A stretch of DNA of 64,000 nucleotides, from NCBI GenBank assembly GCA_964016885.1, contig OZ024755.1, forward strand, positions 42,718,001-42,782,000. The letters are read 5' to 3'. Numbering within the stretch: position 1 is the first letter of the stretch; each line of letters opens with the position of its first letter. The position numbers and the translations under genes are program-made. This document shows, piece after piece, positions 15,001 to 30,000 of this stretch. The stretch is from Eledone cirrhosa. Lineage: Eukaryota. Below the pieces are notes generated by a model. That model had not been told where the DNA came from. It did no database searches and saw nothing but the letters and a program-made list of their open reading frames with translations.

Positions 15001-18000
15001 GCAGTGGCAAGGAAGCTGTGTTGTGTATAGGAAGAAGTAGTCAGACATTATGTACTAGTAGAGGGAACAGTAAGCTGGCAGTGACAAGGAAGCTGTGTTG
15101 TGTATAGGAAGAAGTAGTCAGACATTATGTACTAGTAGAGGGAACAGTAAGCTGGCAGTGACAAGGAAGCTGTGTTGTGTATAGGAAGAAGTAGTCGGAC
15201 ATTATGTACTAGCAAAGGGAACAGTAAGCTGGCAGTGGCAAGGAAGCTGTGTTGTGTATAGGAAGAAGTAGTCAGTCACTATGTACTAGCAGAGGGAACA
15301 GTAAGTTGGCAGTGGCAAGGAAGCTGTGTTGTGTATAGGAAGAAGTAGTCAGACACTATGTACTAACAGATGGAAGAGTAAGCTAGCAGTGGCAAGGAAG
15401 CTGTGTTGTGTATAGGAAGAAGTAGTCAGTCACTATGTACTAGCAGAGGGAACAGTAAGTTGGCAGTGGCAAGGAAGCTGTGTTGTATATAGGAAGATGT
15501 AGTCAAACATTATGTACTAGAAGAGGGAACAGTAAGCTGGCAGTGGCAAGGAAGCTGTGTTGTGTACAGGAAGAAGTAGTCAGACACTATGTACTAGCAG
15601 AGGGAACAGTAAGCTGGCAGTGGCAAGGAAGCTGTGTTGTGTATAGGAAGAAGTAGTCAGACACTATGTACTAGCAAAGGGAACAGTAAGCTGGCAGTGG
15701 CAAGGAAGCTGTGTTGTGTATAGGAAGAAGTAGTCAGACATTATGTACTAGCAGAGGGAACAGTAAGCTGGCAGTGGCAAGGAAGCTGTGTTGTGTATAG
15801 GAAGAAGTAGTCAGACACTATGTACTAGCAAAGGGAACAGTAAGCTGGCAGTGGCAAGGAAGCTGTGTTGTGTATAGGAAGAAGTAGTCAGACACTATGT
15901 ACTAACAGATGGAAGAGTAAGCTAGCAGGTTCAAGGAAGCTGTGTTGTGTATAGGAAGAAGTAGTCAGTCACTATGTACTAGTAGAGGGAGCAGTAAACT
16001 GGTAGTGGCCAGGAAGCTGTGTTGTGTATAGGAAGAAGTAGTCAGACATTATGTACTAGCAGAGGGAACAGTAAGCTGGCAGTGGCAAGGAAGCTGTGTT
16101 GTGTATAGGAAGAAGTAGTCAGACACTATGTACTAGCAAAGGGAACAGTAAGCTGGCAGTGGCAAGGAAGCTGTGTTGTGTATAGGAAGAAGTAGTCAGA
16201 CACTATGTACTAACAGATGGAAGAGTAAGCTAGCAGTGGCAAGGAAGCTGTGTTGTGTATAGGAAGAAGTAGTCAGTCACTATGTACTAGCAGAGGGAAC
16301 AGTAAGTTGGCAGTGGCAAGGAAGCTGTGTTGTATATAGGAAGATGTAGTCAAACATTATGTACTAGAAGAGGGAACAGTAAGCTGGCAGTGGCAAGGAA
16401 GCTGTGTTGTGTACAGGAAGAAGTAGTCAGACACTATGTACTAGCAGAGGGAACAGTAAGCTGGCAGTGGGCAGGAAGCTGTGTTGTGTATAGGAAGAAG
16501 TAGTCAGTCACTATGTACTAGCAGAGGGAACAGTAAGTTGGCAGTGGCAAGGAAGCTGTGTTGTATATAGGAAGATGTAGTCAAACATTATGTACTAGAA
16601 GAGGGAACAGTAAGCTGGCAGTGGCAAGGAAGCTGTGTTGTGTACAGGAAGAAGTAGTCAGACACTATGTACTAGCAGAGGGAACAGTAAGCTGGCAGTG
16701 GCAAGGAAGCTGTGTTGTGTATAGGAAGAAGTAGTCAGACACTATGTACTAGCAAAGGGAACAGTAAGCTGGCAGTGGCAAGGAAGCTGTGTTGTGTATA
16801 GGAAGAAGTAGTCAGACATTATGTACTAGCAGAGGGAACAGTAAGCTGGCAGTGGCAAGGAAGCTGTGTTGTGTATAGGAAGAAGTAGTCAGACACTATG
16901 TACTAGCAAAGGGAACAGTAAGCTGGCAGTGGCAAGGAAGCTGTGTTGTGTATAGGAAGAAGTAGTCAGACACTATGTACTAACAGATGGAAGAGTAAGC
17001 TAGCAGGTTCAAGGAAGCTGTGTTGTGTATAGGAAGAAGTAGTCAGTCACTATGTACTAGTAGAGGGAGCAGTAAACTGGTAGTGGCCAGGAAGCTGTGT
17101 TGTGTATAGGAAGAAGTAGTCAGACATTATGTACTAGCAGAGGGAACAGTAAGCTGGCAGTGGCAAGGAAGCTGTGTTGTGTATAGGAAGAAGTAGTCAG
17201 ACACTATGTACTAGCAAAGGGAACAGTAAGCTGGCAGTGGCAAGGAAGCTGTGTTGTGTATAGGAAGAAGTAGTCAGACACTATGTACTAACAGATGGAA
17301 GAGTAAGCTAGCAGTGGCAAGGAAGCTGTGTTGTGTATAGGAAGAAGTAGTCAGTCACTATGTACTAGCAGAGGGAACAGTAAGTTGGCAGTGGCAAGGA
17401 AGCTGTGTTGTATATAGGAAGATGTAGTCAAACATTATGTACTAGAAGAGGGAACAGTAAGCTGGCAGTGGCAAGGAAGCTGTGTTGTGTACAGGAAGAA
17501 GTAGTCAGACACTATGTACTAGCAGAGGGAACAGTAAGCTGGCAGTGGGCAGGAAGCTGTGTTGTGTATAGGAAGAAGTAGTCAGACACTATGTACTAGC
17601 AGAGGGAACAGTAAGCTGGCAGTGGCAAGGAAGCTGTGTTGTGTATAGGAAGAAGTAGTCAGACATTATGTACTAGCAGAGGGAACAGTAAGCTGGCAGT
17701 GGCCAGGAAGCTGTGTTGCGTATAGGAAGAAGTAGTCAGACATTATGTACTAGCAGAGGGAGCAGTAAGCTGTGTTGTGTATAGGAAGAAGTAGTCAGAC
17801 ATTATGTACTAGCAGAGGGAGCAGTAAGCTTGCAGTGGCAAGGAAGCTGTGTTGTGTATAGGAAGAAGTAGTCAGACATTATGTACTAGCAGAGGGAGCA
17901 GTAAGCTAGCAGTGGCAAGGAAGCTGTGTTGTGTATAGGAAGAAGTAGTCAGACATTATGTACTAGCAGAGAGAACAGTACGCTGGCAGTGGCAAGGAAG

Positions 18001-21000
18001 CTGTGTTGTGTATAAGAAGAAGTAGTCAGACATTATGTACTAGCAGAGGGAGCAGTAAGCTGGCCGTGGCAAGGAAGCTGTGTTGTGTATAGGGAGAAGT
18101 AGTCAGTCACTATGTACTAGCAGAGGGAACAGTAAGTTGGTAGTTGCCAGGAAGCTGTGTTGTGTATAGGAAGAAGTAGTCAGACATTATGTACTAGTAG
18201 AGGGAACAGTAAGCTGTGTTGTGTATAGGAAGAAGTAGTGAGACACTATGTACTAGCAGAGGGAACAGTAAGCTGGTAGTGGCAAGGAAGTTGTGTTGTG
18301 TATAGGAAGAAGTAGTCAGACATTATGTACTAGCACAGGGAACATTAAGCTGGCAGTGGCAAGGAAGCTGTGTTGTGTATAGGGAGAAGTAGTCAGTCAC
18401 TATGTACTAGCAGAGGGATCAGTAAATTGGCAATGGCAAGGAAGCTGTGTTGTGTATAGGAAGAAGTAGTCAGACATTATGTACTAGCAGAGGGAGCAGT
18501 AACCTGGCAGTGGTAAGGAAGCTGTGTTGTGTATAGGAAGGAGTAGTCAGACATTATGCACTAGCAGATGGAACATTAAGCTGACAGTGGTAAGGAAGCT
18601 GTGTTGTGTATAGGAAGAAGTAGTCAGACACTATGTACTAGCAGAGGGAACAGTAAGCTGGCAGTGGCAAGGAAGCTGTGTTGTGTATAGGAAGAAGTAG
18701 TCAGTCACTATGTACTAGCAGAGGGAACAGTAAGTTGGCAGTGGCAAGGAAGCTGTGTTGTATATAGGAAGATGTAGTCAGACATTATGTACTAGAAGAG
18801 GGAACAGTAAGCTGGCAGTGGCAAGGAAGCTGTGTTGTGTACAGGAAGAAGTAGTCAGACACTATGTACTAGCAGAGGGAACAGTAAGCTGGCAGTGGCC
18901 AGGAAGCTGTGTTGTGTATAGGAAGAAGTAGTCAGACACTATGTACTAGCAGAGGGAACAGTAAGCTGGCAGTGGCAAGGAAGCTGTGTTGTGTATAGGA
19001 AGAAGTAGTCAGACATTATGTACTAGCAGAGGGAACAGTAAGCTGGCAGTGGCCAGGAAGCTGTGTTGCGTATAGGAAGAAGTAGTCAGACATTATGTAC
19101 TAGCAGAGGGAGCAGTAAGCTGTGTTGTGTATAGGAAGAAGTAGTCAGACATTATGTACTAGCAGAGGGAGCAGTAAGCTTGAAGTGGCAAGGAAGCTGT
19201 GTTGTGTATAGGAAGAAGTAGTCAGACATTATGTACTAGCAGAGGGAGCAGTAAGCTAGCAGTGGCAAGGAAGCTGTGTTGTGTATAGGAAGAAGTAGTC
19301 AGGCATTATGTACTAGCAGAGAGAACAGTACGCTGGCAGTGGCAAGGAAGCTGTGTTGTGTATAAGAAGAAGTAGTCAGACACTATGTACAAGTAGAGGG
19401 AGGAGTAAGCTGGCAGTGGCAAGGAAGCTGTGTGGTGTATAGGAAGAAGTAATCAGACATTATGTACTAGTAGAGGGAGCAGTAAGCTGGCAGTGGCAAG
19501 GAAGCTGTGTTGTATATAGGAAGAAGTAGTCAGACATTATGTACTAGTAGAGGGAACAGTAAACTGGTAGTGGCAAGGAAGCTGTGTTGTGTATAGGAAG
19601 AAGTAGTCAGACATTATGTACTAGCAGAGGGAACAGTAAGCTGGCAGTGGCAAGGAAGCTGTGTTGTGTATAGGAAGAAGTAGTCAGACACTATGTACTA
19701 GTAGAGGGAGCAGAAAGCTGGCAGTGGCAAGGAAGCTGTGTTGTATATAGGAAGAAGTAGTCAAACATTATGTACTAGTAGAGGGAACTGTAAACTGGTA
19801 GTGGCAAGGAAGCTGTGTTGTGTATAGGAAGAAGTAGTCAGACACTATGTACTAGCAGAGGGAACAGTAAGCTGGCAGTGGCAAGGAAGCTGTGTTGTGT
19901 ATAGGAAGAAGTAGTCAGACACTATTTACTAGTAGAGGGAACAGTAAGCTGGCAGTGGCAAGGAAGCTGTGTTGTGTATAGGAAGAAGTAGTCAGACACT
20001 ATGTACTAGCAGAGGGAACAGTAAGCTGGCAGTGGCCAGGAAGCTGTTTTATGTGTAGGAAGAAGTAGTCAGACATTATGTACTAGCAGAGGCAACAGTC
20101 AGCTGGCAGTGGCAAGGAAGCTGTGTTGTGTATAGGAAGAAGTAGTCAGACATTATGTACTAACAGAGGGAGCAGTAAGCTGGCAGTGGCAAGGAAGCTG
20201 TGTTGTGTAGAGGAAGAAGTAGTCAGACATTATGTACTAGTAGAGGGAGCAGTAAGGTGGCAGTGGCAAGGAAGCTGTATTGTGTATAGGAAGAAGTAGT
20301 CAGACATTATGTACTTGTAGAGGGAGCAGTAACCTGGCAGTGGCAAGGAAGCTGTGTTGTATATAAGAAGAAGTAGTCAGACACTATGTACTAATAGAGG
20401 GAACAGTAAGCTGGCAGTGGCCAGGAAGCTGTGTTGTGTATAGGAAGAAGTAGTCAGACATTATGTACTAATAGAGGGAACAGTAAGCTGGCAGTGGCCA
20501 GGAAGCTGTGTTGTGTATAGGAAGAAGTAGTCAGAGATTATGTACTAGCAGAGGGAACAGTAAACTGGCAGTGGCAAGGAAGCTGTGTTGTGTATAGGAA
20601 GAAATAGTCAGACATTATGTACTAGTAGAGGGAACAGTAAGCTGTGTTGTGTATAGGAAGAAGTAGTCAGACACTATGTACTAGCAGAGGGAACAGTAAG
20701 CTGGCAGTGGCAAGGAAGCTGTGTTGTATATAGGAAGAAGTAGTCAGACATTATGTACTAGCAGAGGCAACAGTAAGCTGGCAGTGGCCAGGAAGCTGTG
20801 TTGTATATAGGAAGAAGTAGTCAGACATTATGTACTAATAGAGGGAACAGTAAGCTGGCAGTGGCCAGGAAGCTGTGTTGTATATAGGAAGAAGTAGTCA
20901 GACATTATGTACTAGCAGAGGGAACAGTAAGGAGGCAGTGGCAAGGAAGCTGTGTTGTGTATAGGAAGAAGTAGTCAGACATTATGTACTAGCAGAGGGA

Positions 21001-24000
21001 ACAGTAAGCTGTGTTGTGTATAGGAAGAAGTAGTGAGACACTATGTACTAGCAGAGGGAACAGTAAGTTGGTAGTGGCCAGGAAGCTGTGTTGTGTATAG
21101 GAAGAAGTAGTCGGACATTATGTAATAGCAGAGGGAACAGTAAGCTGGTAGTGACAAGGAAGCTGTTTTATGTATAGGAAGAAGTAGTCAGACATTATGT
21201 ACTAGCAGAGGCAACAGTCAGCTGGCAGTGGCAAGGAAGCTGTGTTGTGTATAGGAAGAAATAGTCAGACACTATGTACTAGCAGAGGGAACAGTAAGCT
21301 GGCAGTGGCAAGGAAGCTGTGTTGTGTATAGGAAGAAGTAGTCAGACACTATGTACTAGCAGAGGGAGCAGTAAGCTGGCCGTGGCAAGGAAGCTGTGTT
21401 GTGTATAGGAATAAGTAGTCAGACGCTATGTACTAGCAGAGGGAGTAGTAAGCTGGCAGTGGCATGGAAGCTGTGTTGTGTATAGGAAGAAGTAGCCAGA
21501 CACTATGTACTAGCAGAGGGAGCAGTAAGCTGGCAGTGGCAAGGAAGCTGTGTTGTGTATAGGAAGAAGTAGTCAGACATTATGTACTAGTAGAGGGAAC
21601 AGTAAGCTGGCAGTGACAAGGAAGCTGTGTTGTGTATAGGAAGAAGTAGTCAGACATTATGTACTAGTAGAGGGAACAGTAAGCTGGCAGTGACAAGGAA
21701 GCTGTGTTGTGTATAGGAAGAAGTAGTCGGACATTATGTACTAGCAGAGGGAGCAGTAAGCTGTGTTGTGTATAGGAAGAAGTAGTCAGACATTATGTAC
21801 TAGCACAGGGAACATTAAGCTGGCAGTGGCAAGGAAGCTGTGTTGTGTATAGGAAGAAGTAGTCAGTCACTATGTACTAGCAGAGGGAACAGTAAGTTGG
21901 CAATGGCAAGGAAGCTGTGTTGTGTATAGGAAGAAGTAGTCAGACATTATGTACTAGCAGAGGGAGCAGTAACCTGGCAGTGGCAAGGAAGCTGTGTTGT
22001 GTATAGGAAGAAGTAGTCAGTCACTATGTACTAGCAGAGGGAGCAGTAACCTGGCAGTGGCAAGGAAGCTGTGTTGTGTATAGGAAGGAGTAGTCAGACA
22101 TGATGTACTAGCAGAAGGAACAGTAAGCTGGCAGTGGCCAGGAAGCTGTGTTGTGTATAGGAAGAAGTAGTCAGACATTATGTACTAATAGAGGGAACAG
22201 TAAGCTGGCAGTGGCCAGGAAGCTGTGTTGTGTATAGGAAGAAGTAGTCAGAGATTATGTACTAGCAGAGGGAACAGTAAACTGGCAGTGGCAAGGAAGC
22301 TGTGTTGTGTATAGGAAGAAATAGTCAGACATTATGTACTAGTAGAGGGAACAGTAAGCTGTGTTGTGTATAGGAAGAAGTAGTCAGACACTATGTACTA
22401 GCAGAGGGAACAGTAAGCTGGCAGTGGCAAGGAAGCTGTGTTGTATATAGGAAGAAGTAGTCAGACATTATGTACTAGCAGAGGCAACAGTAAGCTGGCA
22501 GTGGCCAGGAAGCTGTGTTGTATATAGGAAGAAGTAGTCAGACATTATGTACTAATAGAGGGAACAGTAAGCTGGCAGTGGCCAGGAAGCTGTGTTGTAT
22601 ATAGGAAGAAGTAGTCAGACATTATGTACTAGCAGAGGGAACAGTAAGGTGGCAGTGGCAAGGAAGTTGTGTTGTGTATAGGAAGAAGTAGTCAGACATT
22701 ATGTACTAGCAGAGGGAACAGTAAGCTGTGTTGTGTATAGGAAGAAGTAGTGAGACACTATGTACTAGCAGAGGGAACAGTAAGTTGGCAGTGGCAAGGA
22801 AGCTGTGTTGTGTATAGGAAGAACTAGTCAGACACTATGTACTAACAGAGGGAACAGTAAGCCGGCAGTGGCAAGGAAGCTGTGTTGTGTATAGGAAGAA
22901 GTAGTCAGACACTATGTACTAACAGATGGAAGAGTAAGCTAGCAGTGGCAAGGAAGCTGTGTTGTGTATAGGAAGAAGTAGTCAGTCACTATGTACTAGT
23001 AGAGGGAGCAGTAAACTGGTAGTGGCCAGGAAGCTGTGTTGTGTATAGGAAGAAGTAGTCAGACATTATGTACTAGCAGAGGGAACAGTAAGCTGGCAGT
23101 GGCAAGGAAGCTGTGTTGTGTATAGGAAGAAGTAGTCAGACACTATGTACTAGCAAAGGGAACAGTAAGCTGGCAGTGGCAAGGAAGCTGTGTTGTGTAT
23201 AGGAAGAAGTAGTCAGACACTATGTACTAACAGATGGAAGAGTAAGCTAGCAGTGGCAAGGAAGCTGTGTTGTGTATAGGAAGAAGTAGTCAGTCACTAT
23301 GTACTAGCAGAGGGAACAGTAAGTTGGCAGTGGCAAGGAAGCTGTGTTGTATATAGGAAGATGTAGTCAAACATTATGTACTAGAAGAGGGAACAGTAAG
23401 CTGGCAGTGGCAAGGAAGCTGTGTTGTGTACAGGAAGAAGTAGTCAGACACTATGTACTAGCAGAGGGAACAGTAAGCTGGCAGTGGGCAGGAAGCTGTG
23501 TTGTGTATAGGAAGAAGTAGTCAGACACTATGTACTAGCAGAGGGAACAGTAAGCTGGCAGTGGCAAGGAAGCTGTGTTGTGTATAGGAAGAAGTAGTCA
23601 GACATTATGTACTAGCAGAGGGAACAGTAAGCTGGCAGTGGCCAGGAAGCTGTGTTGCGTATAGGAAGAAGTAGTCAGACATTATGTACTAGCAGAGGGA
23701 GCAGTAAGCTGTGTTGTGTATAGGAAGAAGTAGTCAGACATTATGTACTAGCAGAGGGAGCAGTAAGCTTGCAGTGGCAAGGAAGCTGTGTTGTGTATAG
23801 GAAGAAGTAGTCAGACATTATGTACTAGCAGAGGGAGCAGTAAGCTAGCAGTGGCAAGGAAGCTGTGTTGTGTATAGGAAGAAGTAGTCAGACATTATGT
23901 ACTAGCAGAGAGAACAGTACGCTGGCAGTGGCAAGGAAGCTGTGTTGTGTATAAGAAGAAGTAGTCAGACACTATGTACAAGTAGAGGGAGGAGTAAGCT

Positions 24001-27000
24001 GGCAGTTGCAAGGAAGCTGTGTTGTATATAGGAAGAAGTAGTCAGACACTATGTACTAGTAGAGGGAGCAGTAAGCTGGCAGTGGCAAGGAAGCTGTGTT
24101 GTGTATAAGAAGAAGTAGTCAGACACTATGTACTAGCAGAGGGAGCAGTAAGCTGGCAGTGGCAAGGAAGCTGTGTTGTATATAGGAAGAAGTAGTCAGA
24201 CACTATGTACTAGTAGAGGGAGCAGTAAGCTGGCAGTGGCAAGGAAGCTGTGTTGTATATAGGAAGAAGTAGTCAGACATTATGTACTAGTAGAGGGAAC
24301 AGTAAACTGGTAGTGGCAAGGAAGCTGTGTTGTGTATAGGAAGAAGTACTCAGACACTATGTACTAGTAGAGGGAGCAGTAAACTGACAGTGGCAAGGAA
24401 GCTGTGTTGTGTATAGGAAGAAGTAGTCAGACACTATGTACTAGCAGAGGGAGCAGTAAGCTGGCAGTGGCAAGGAAGCTGTGTTGTATATAGGAAGAAG
24501 TAGTCAGACACTATGTACTAACAGATGGAACAGTAAGCTAGCAGTGGCAAGGAAGCTGTGTTGTATATAGGAAGAAGTAGTCAGACACTATGTACTAACA
24601 GAGGGAACAGTAAGCTGGCAGTGGCAAGGAAGCTGTGTTGTGTATAGGAAGAAGTAGTGAGACATTATGTACTAGTAGTGGGAACATTAATCTGGCAGTG
24701 GCCAGGAAGCTGTGTTGTGTATAGGAAGAAGTAGTCAGTCACTATGTACTAGCAGAGGGAACAGTAAGCTGGCAGTGGCAAGGAAGCTGTGTTGTGTATA
24801 GGAAGAAGTAGTCAGACATTATGTACTAGTAGAAGGAACATTAATCTGGCAGTGGCCAGGAAGCTGTGTTGTGTATAGGAAGAAGTAGTCAGACATTATG
24901 TACTAGTAGAGGGAGCAGTAAGCTGGCAGTGGCAAGGAAGCTGTGTTGTATATAGGAAGAAGTAGTCAGACATTATGTACTAGTAGAGGGAACAGTAAAC
25001 TGGTAGTGGCAAGGAAGCTGTGTTGTGTATAGGAAGAAGTAGTCAGACATTATGTACTAGCAGAGGGAACAGTAAGCTGGCAGTGGCAAGGAAGCTGTGT
25101 TGTGTATAGGAAGAAGTAGTCAGACACTATGTACTAGTAGAGGGAGCAGTAAGCTGGCAGTGGCAAGGAAGCTGTGTTGTATATAGGAAGAAGTAGTCAA
25201 ACATTATGTACTAGTAGAGGGAACTGTAAACTGGTAGTGGCAAGGAAGCTGTGTTGTGTATAGGAAGAAGTAGTCAGACATTATGTACTAGCAGAGGGAG
25301 CAGTAACCTGGCAGTGGCAAGGAAGCTGTGTTGTGTATAGGAAGAAGTAGTCAGTCACTATGTACTAGCAGAGGGAGCAGTAACCTGGCAGTGGCAAGGA
25401 AGCTGTGTTGTGTATAGGAAGGAGTAGTCAGACATTATGTACTAGCAGAAGGAACAGTAAGCTGGCAGTGGCCAGGAAGCTGTGTTGTGTATAGGAAGAA
25501 GTAGTCAGACATTATGTACTAATAGAGGGAACAGTAAGCTGGCAGTGGCCAGGAAGCTGTGTTGTGTATAGGAAGAAGTAGTCAGAGATTATGTACTAGC
25601 AGAGGGAACAGTAAACTGGCAGTGGCAAGGAAGCTGTGTTGTGTATAGGAAGAAATAGTCAGACATTATGTACTAGTAGAGGGAACAGTAAGCTGTGTTG
25701 TGTATAGGAAGAAGTAGTCAGACACTATGTACTAGCAGAGGGAACAGTAAGCTGGCAGTGGCAAGGAAGCTGTGTTGTATATAGGAAGAAGTAGTCAGAC
25801 ATTATGTACTAGCAGAGGCAACAGTAAGCTGGCAGTGGCCAGGAAGCTGTGTTGTATATAGGAAGAAGTAGTCAGACATTATGTACTAATAGAGGGAACA
25901 GTAAGCTGGCAGTGGCCAGGAAGCTGTGTTGTATATAGGAAGAAGTAGTCAGACATTATGTACTAGCAGAGGGAACAGTAAGGTGGCAGTGGCAAGGAAG
26001 CTGTGTTGTGTATAGGAAGAAGTAGTCAGTCACTATGTACTAGTAGAGGGAGCAGTAAACAGGTAGTGGCCAGGAAGCTGTGTTGTGTATAGGAAGAAGT
26101 AGTCAGACACTATGTACTAGTAGAGGGAGCAGTAAGCTGGCAGTGGCAAGGAAGCTGTGTTGTATATAGGAAGAAGTAGTCAGACATTATGTACTAGTAG
26201 AGGGAACAGTAAACTGGTAGTGGCAAGGAAGCTGTGTTGTGTATAGGAAGAAGTACTCAGACACTATGTACTAGCAGAGGGAGCAGTAAGCTGGCAGTGG
26301 CAAGGAAGCTGTGTTGTATATAGGAAGAAGTAGTCAGACACTATGTACTAGTAGAGGGAGCAGTATGCTGGCAGTGGCAAGGAAGCTGTGTTGTATATAG
26401 GAAGAAGTAGTCAGACATTATGTACTAGTAGAGGGAACAGTAAACTGGTAGTGGCAAGGAAGCTGTGTTGTGTATAGGAAGAAGTACTCAGACACTATGT
26501 ACTAGTAGAGGGAGCAGTAAACTGACAGTGGCAAGGAAGCTGTGTTGTGTATAGGAAGAAGTAGTCAGACATTATGTACTAGTAGAGGGAACATTAATCT
26601 GGCAGTGGCCAGGAAGCTGTGTGGTGTATAGGAAGAAGTAGTCAGACATTATGTACTAGTAGAGGGAGCAGTAAGCTGGCAGTGGCAAGGAAGCTGTGTT
26701 GTATATAGGAAGAAGTAGTCAAACATTATGTACTAGTAGAGGGAACAGTAAACTGGTAGTGGCAAGGAAGCTGTGTTGTGTATAGGAAGAAGTAGTCAGA
26801 CATTATGTACTAGCAGAGGGAACAGTAAGCTGGCAGTGGCAAGGAAGCTGTGTTGTGTATAGGAAGAAGTAGTCAGACACTATGTACTAGTAGAGGGAGC
26901 AGAAAGCTGGCAGTGGCAAGGAAGCTGTGTTGTATATAGGAAGAAGTAGTCAAACATTATGTACTAGTAGAGGGAACTGTAAACTGGTAGTGGCAAGGAA

Positions 27001-30000
27001 GCTGTGTTGTGTATAGGAAGAAGTAGTCAGACACTATGTACTAGCAGAGGGAACAGTAAGCTGGCAGTGGCAAGGAAGCTGTGTTGTGTATAGGAAGAAG
27101 TAGTCAGACACTATGTACTAGCAGAGGGAGCAGTAAGCTGGCCGTGGCAAGGAAGCTGTGTTGTGTATAGGAATAAGTAGTCAGACGCTATGTACTAGCA
27201 GAGGGAGTAGTAAGCTGGCAGTGGCATGGAAGCTGTGTTGTGTATAGGAAGAAGTAGCCAGACACTATGTACTAGCAGAGGGAGCAGTAAGCTGGCAGTG
27301 GCAAGGAAGCTGTGTTGTGTATAGGAAGAAGTAGTCAGACATTATGTACTAGTAGAGGGAACAGTAAGCTGGCAGTGACAAGGAAGCTGTGTTGTGTATA
27401 GGAAGAAGTAGTCAGACATTATGTACTAGTAGAGGGAACAGTAAGCTGGCAGTGACAAGGAAGCTGTGTTGTGTATAGGAAGAAGTAGTCGGACATTATG
27501 TACTAGCAGAGGGAGCAGTAAGCTGTGTTGTGTATAGGAAGAAGTAGTCAGACATTATGTACTAGCACAGGGAACATTAAGCTGGCAGTGGCAAGGAAGC
27601 TGTGTTGTGTATAGGAAGAAGTAGTCAGTCACTATGTACTAGCAGAGGGAACAGTAAGTTGGCAATGGCAAGGAAGCTGTGTTGTGTATAGGAAGAAGTA
27701 GTCAGACATTATGTACTAGCAGAGGGAGCAGTAACCTGGCAGTGGCAAGGAAGCTGTGTTGTGTATAGGAAGAAGTAGTCAGTCACTATGTACTAGCAGA
27801 GGGAGCAGTAACCTGGCAGTGGCAAGGAAGCTGTGTTGTGTATAGGAAGGAGTAGTCAGACATGATGTACTAGCAGAAGGAACAGTAAGCTGGCAGTGGC
27901 CAGGAAGCTGTGTTGTGTATAGGAAGAAGTAGTCAGACATTATGTACTAATAGAGGGAACAGTAAGCTGGCAGTGGCCAGGAAGCTGTGTTGTGTATAGG
28001 AAGAAGTAGTCAGAGATTATGTACTAGCAGAGGGAACAGTAAACTGGCAGTGGCAAGGAAGCTGTGTTGTGTATAGGAAGAAATAGTCAGACATTATGTA
28101 CTAGTAGAGGGAACAGTAAGCTGTGTTGTGTATAGGAAGAAGTAGTCAGACACTATGTACTAGCAGAGGGAACAGTAAGCTGGCAGTGGCAAGGAAGCTG
28201 TGTTGTATATAGGAAGAAGTAGTCAGACATTATGTACTACCAGAGGCAACAGTAAGCTGGCAGTGGCCAGGAAGCTGTGTTGTATATAGGAAGAAGTAGT
28301 CAGACATTATGTACTAATAGAGGGAACAGTAAGCTGGCAGTGGCCAGGAAGCTGTGTTGTATATAGGAAGAAGTAGTCAGACATTATGTACTAGCAGAGG
28401 GAACAGTAAGGTGGCAGTGGCAAGGAAGTTGTGTTGTGTATAGGAAGAAGTAGTCAGACATTATGTACTAGCAGAGGGAACAGTAAGCTGTGTTGTGTAT
28501 AGGAAGAAGTAGTGAGACACTATGTACTAGCAGAGGGAACAGTAAGTTGGCAGTGGCAAGGAAGCTGTGTTGTGTATAGGAAGAACTAGTCAGACACTAT
28601 GTACTAACAGAGGGAACAGTAAGCCGGCAGTGGCAAGGAAGCTGTGTTGTGTATAGGAAGAAGTAGTCAGACACTATGTACTAACAGATGGAAGAGTAAG
28701 CTAGCAGTGGCAAGGAAGCTGTGTTGTGTATAGGAAGAAGTAGTCAGTCACTATGTACTAGTAGAGGGAGCAGTAAACTGGTAGTGGCCAGGAAGCTGTG
28801 TTGTGTATAGGAAGAAGTAGTCAGACATTATGTACTAGCAGAGGGAACAGTAAGCTGGCAGTGGCAAGGAAGCTGTGTTGTGTATAGGAAGAAGTAGTCA
28901 GACACTATGTACTAGCAAAGGGAACAGTAAGCTGGCAGTGGCAAGGAAGCTGTGTTGTGTATAGGAAGAAGTAGTCAGACACTATGTACTAACAGATGGA
29001 AGAGTAAGCTAGCAGTGGCAAGGAAGCTGTGTTGTGTATAGGAAGAAGTAGTCAGTCACTATGTACTAGCAGAGGGAACAGTAAGTTGGCAGTGGCAAGG
29101 AAGCTGTGTTGTATATAGGAAGATGTAGTCAAACATTATGTACTAGAAGAGGGAACAGTAAGCTGGCAGTGGCAAGGAAGCTGTGTTGTGTACAGGAAGA
29201 AGTAGTCAGACACTATGTACTAGCAGAGGGAACAGTAAGCTGGCAGTGGGCAGGAAGCTGTGTTGTGTATAGGAAGAAGTAGTCAGACACTATGTACTAG
29301 CAGAGGGAACAGTAAGCTGGCAGTGGCAAGGAAGCTGTGTTGTGTATAGGAAGAAGTAGTCAGACATTATGTACTAGCAGAGGGAACAGTAAGCTGGCAG
29401 TGGCCAGGAAGCTGTGTTGCGTATAGGAAGAAGTAGTCAGACATTATGTACTAGCAGAGGGAGCAGTAAGCTGTGTTGTGTATAGGAAGAAGTAGTCAGA
29501 CATTATGTACTAGCAGAGGGAGCAGTAAGCTTGCAGTGGCAAGGAAGCTGTGTTGTGTATAGGAAGAAGTAGTCAGACATTATGTACTAGCAGAGGGAGC
29601 AGTAAGCTAGCAGTGGCAAGGAAGCTGTGTTGTGTATAGGAAGAAGTAGTCAGACATTATGTACTAGCAGAGAGAACAGTACGCTGGCAGTGGCAAGGAA
29701 GCTGTGTTGTGTATAAGAAGAAGTAGTCAGACACTATGTACAAGTAGAGGGAGGAGTAAGCTGGCAGTTGCAAGGAAGCTGTGTTGTATATAGGAAGAAG
29801 TAGTCAGACACTATGTACTAGTAGAGGGAGCAGTAAGCTGGCAGTGGCAAGGAAGCTGTGTTGTGTATAAGAAGAAGTAGTCAGACACTATGTACTAGCA
29901 GAGGGAGCAGTAAGCTGGCAGTGGCAAGGAAGCTGTGTTGTATATAGGAAGAAGTAGTCAGACACTATGTACTAGTAGAGGGAGCAGTAAGCTGGCAGTG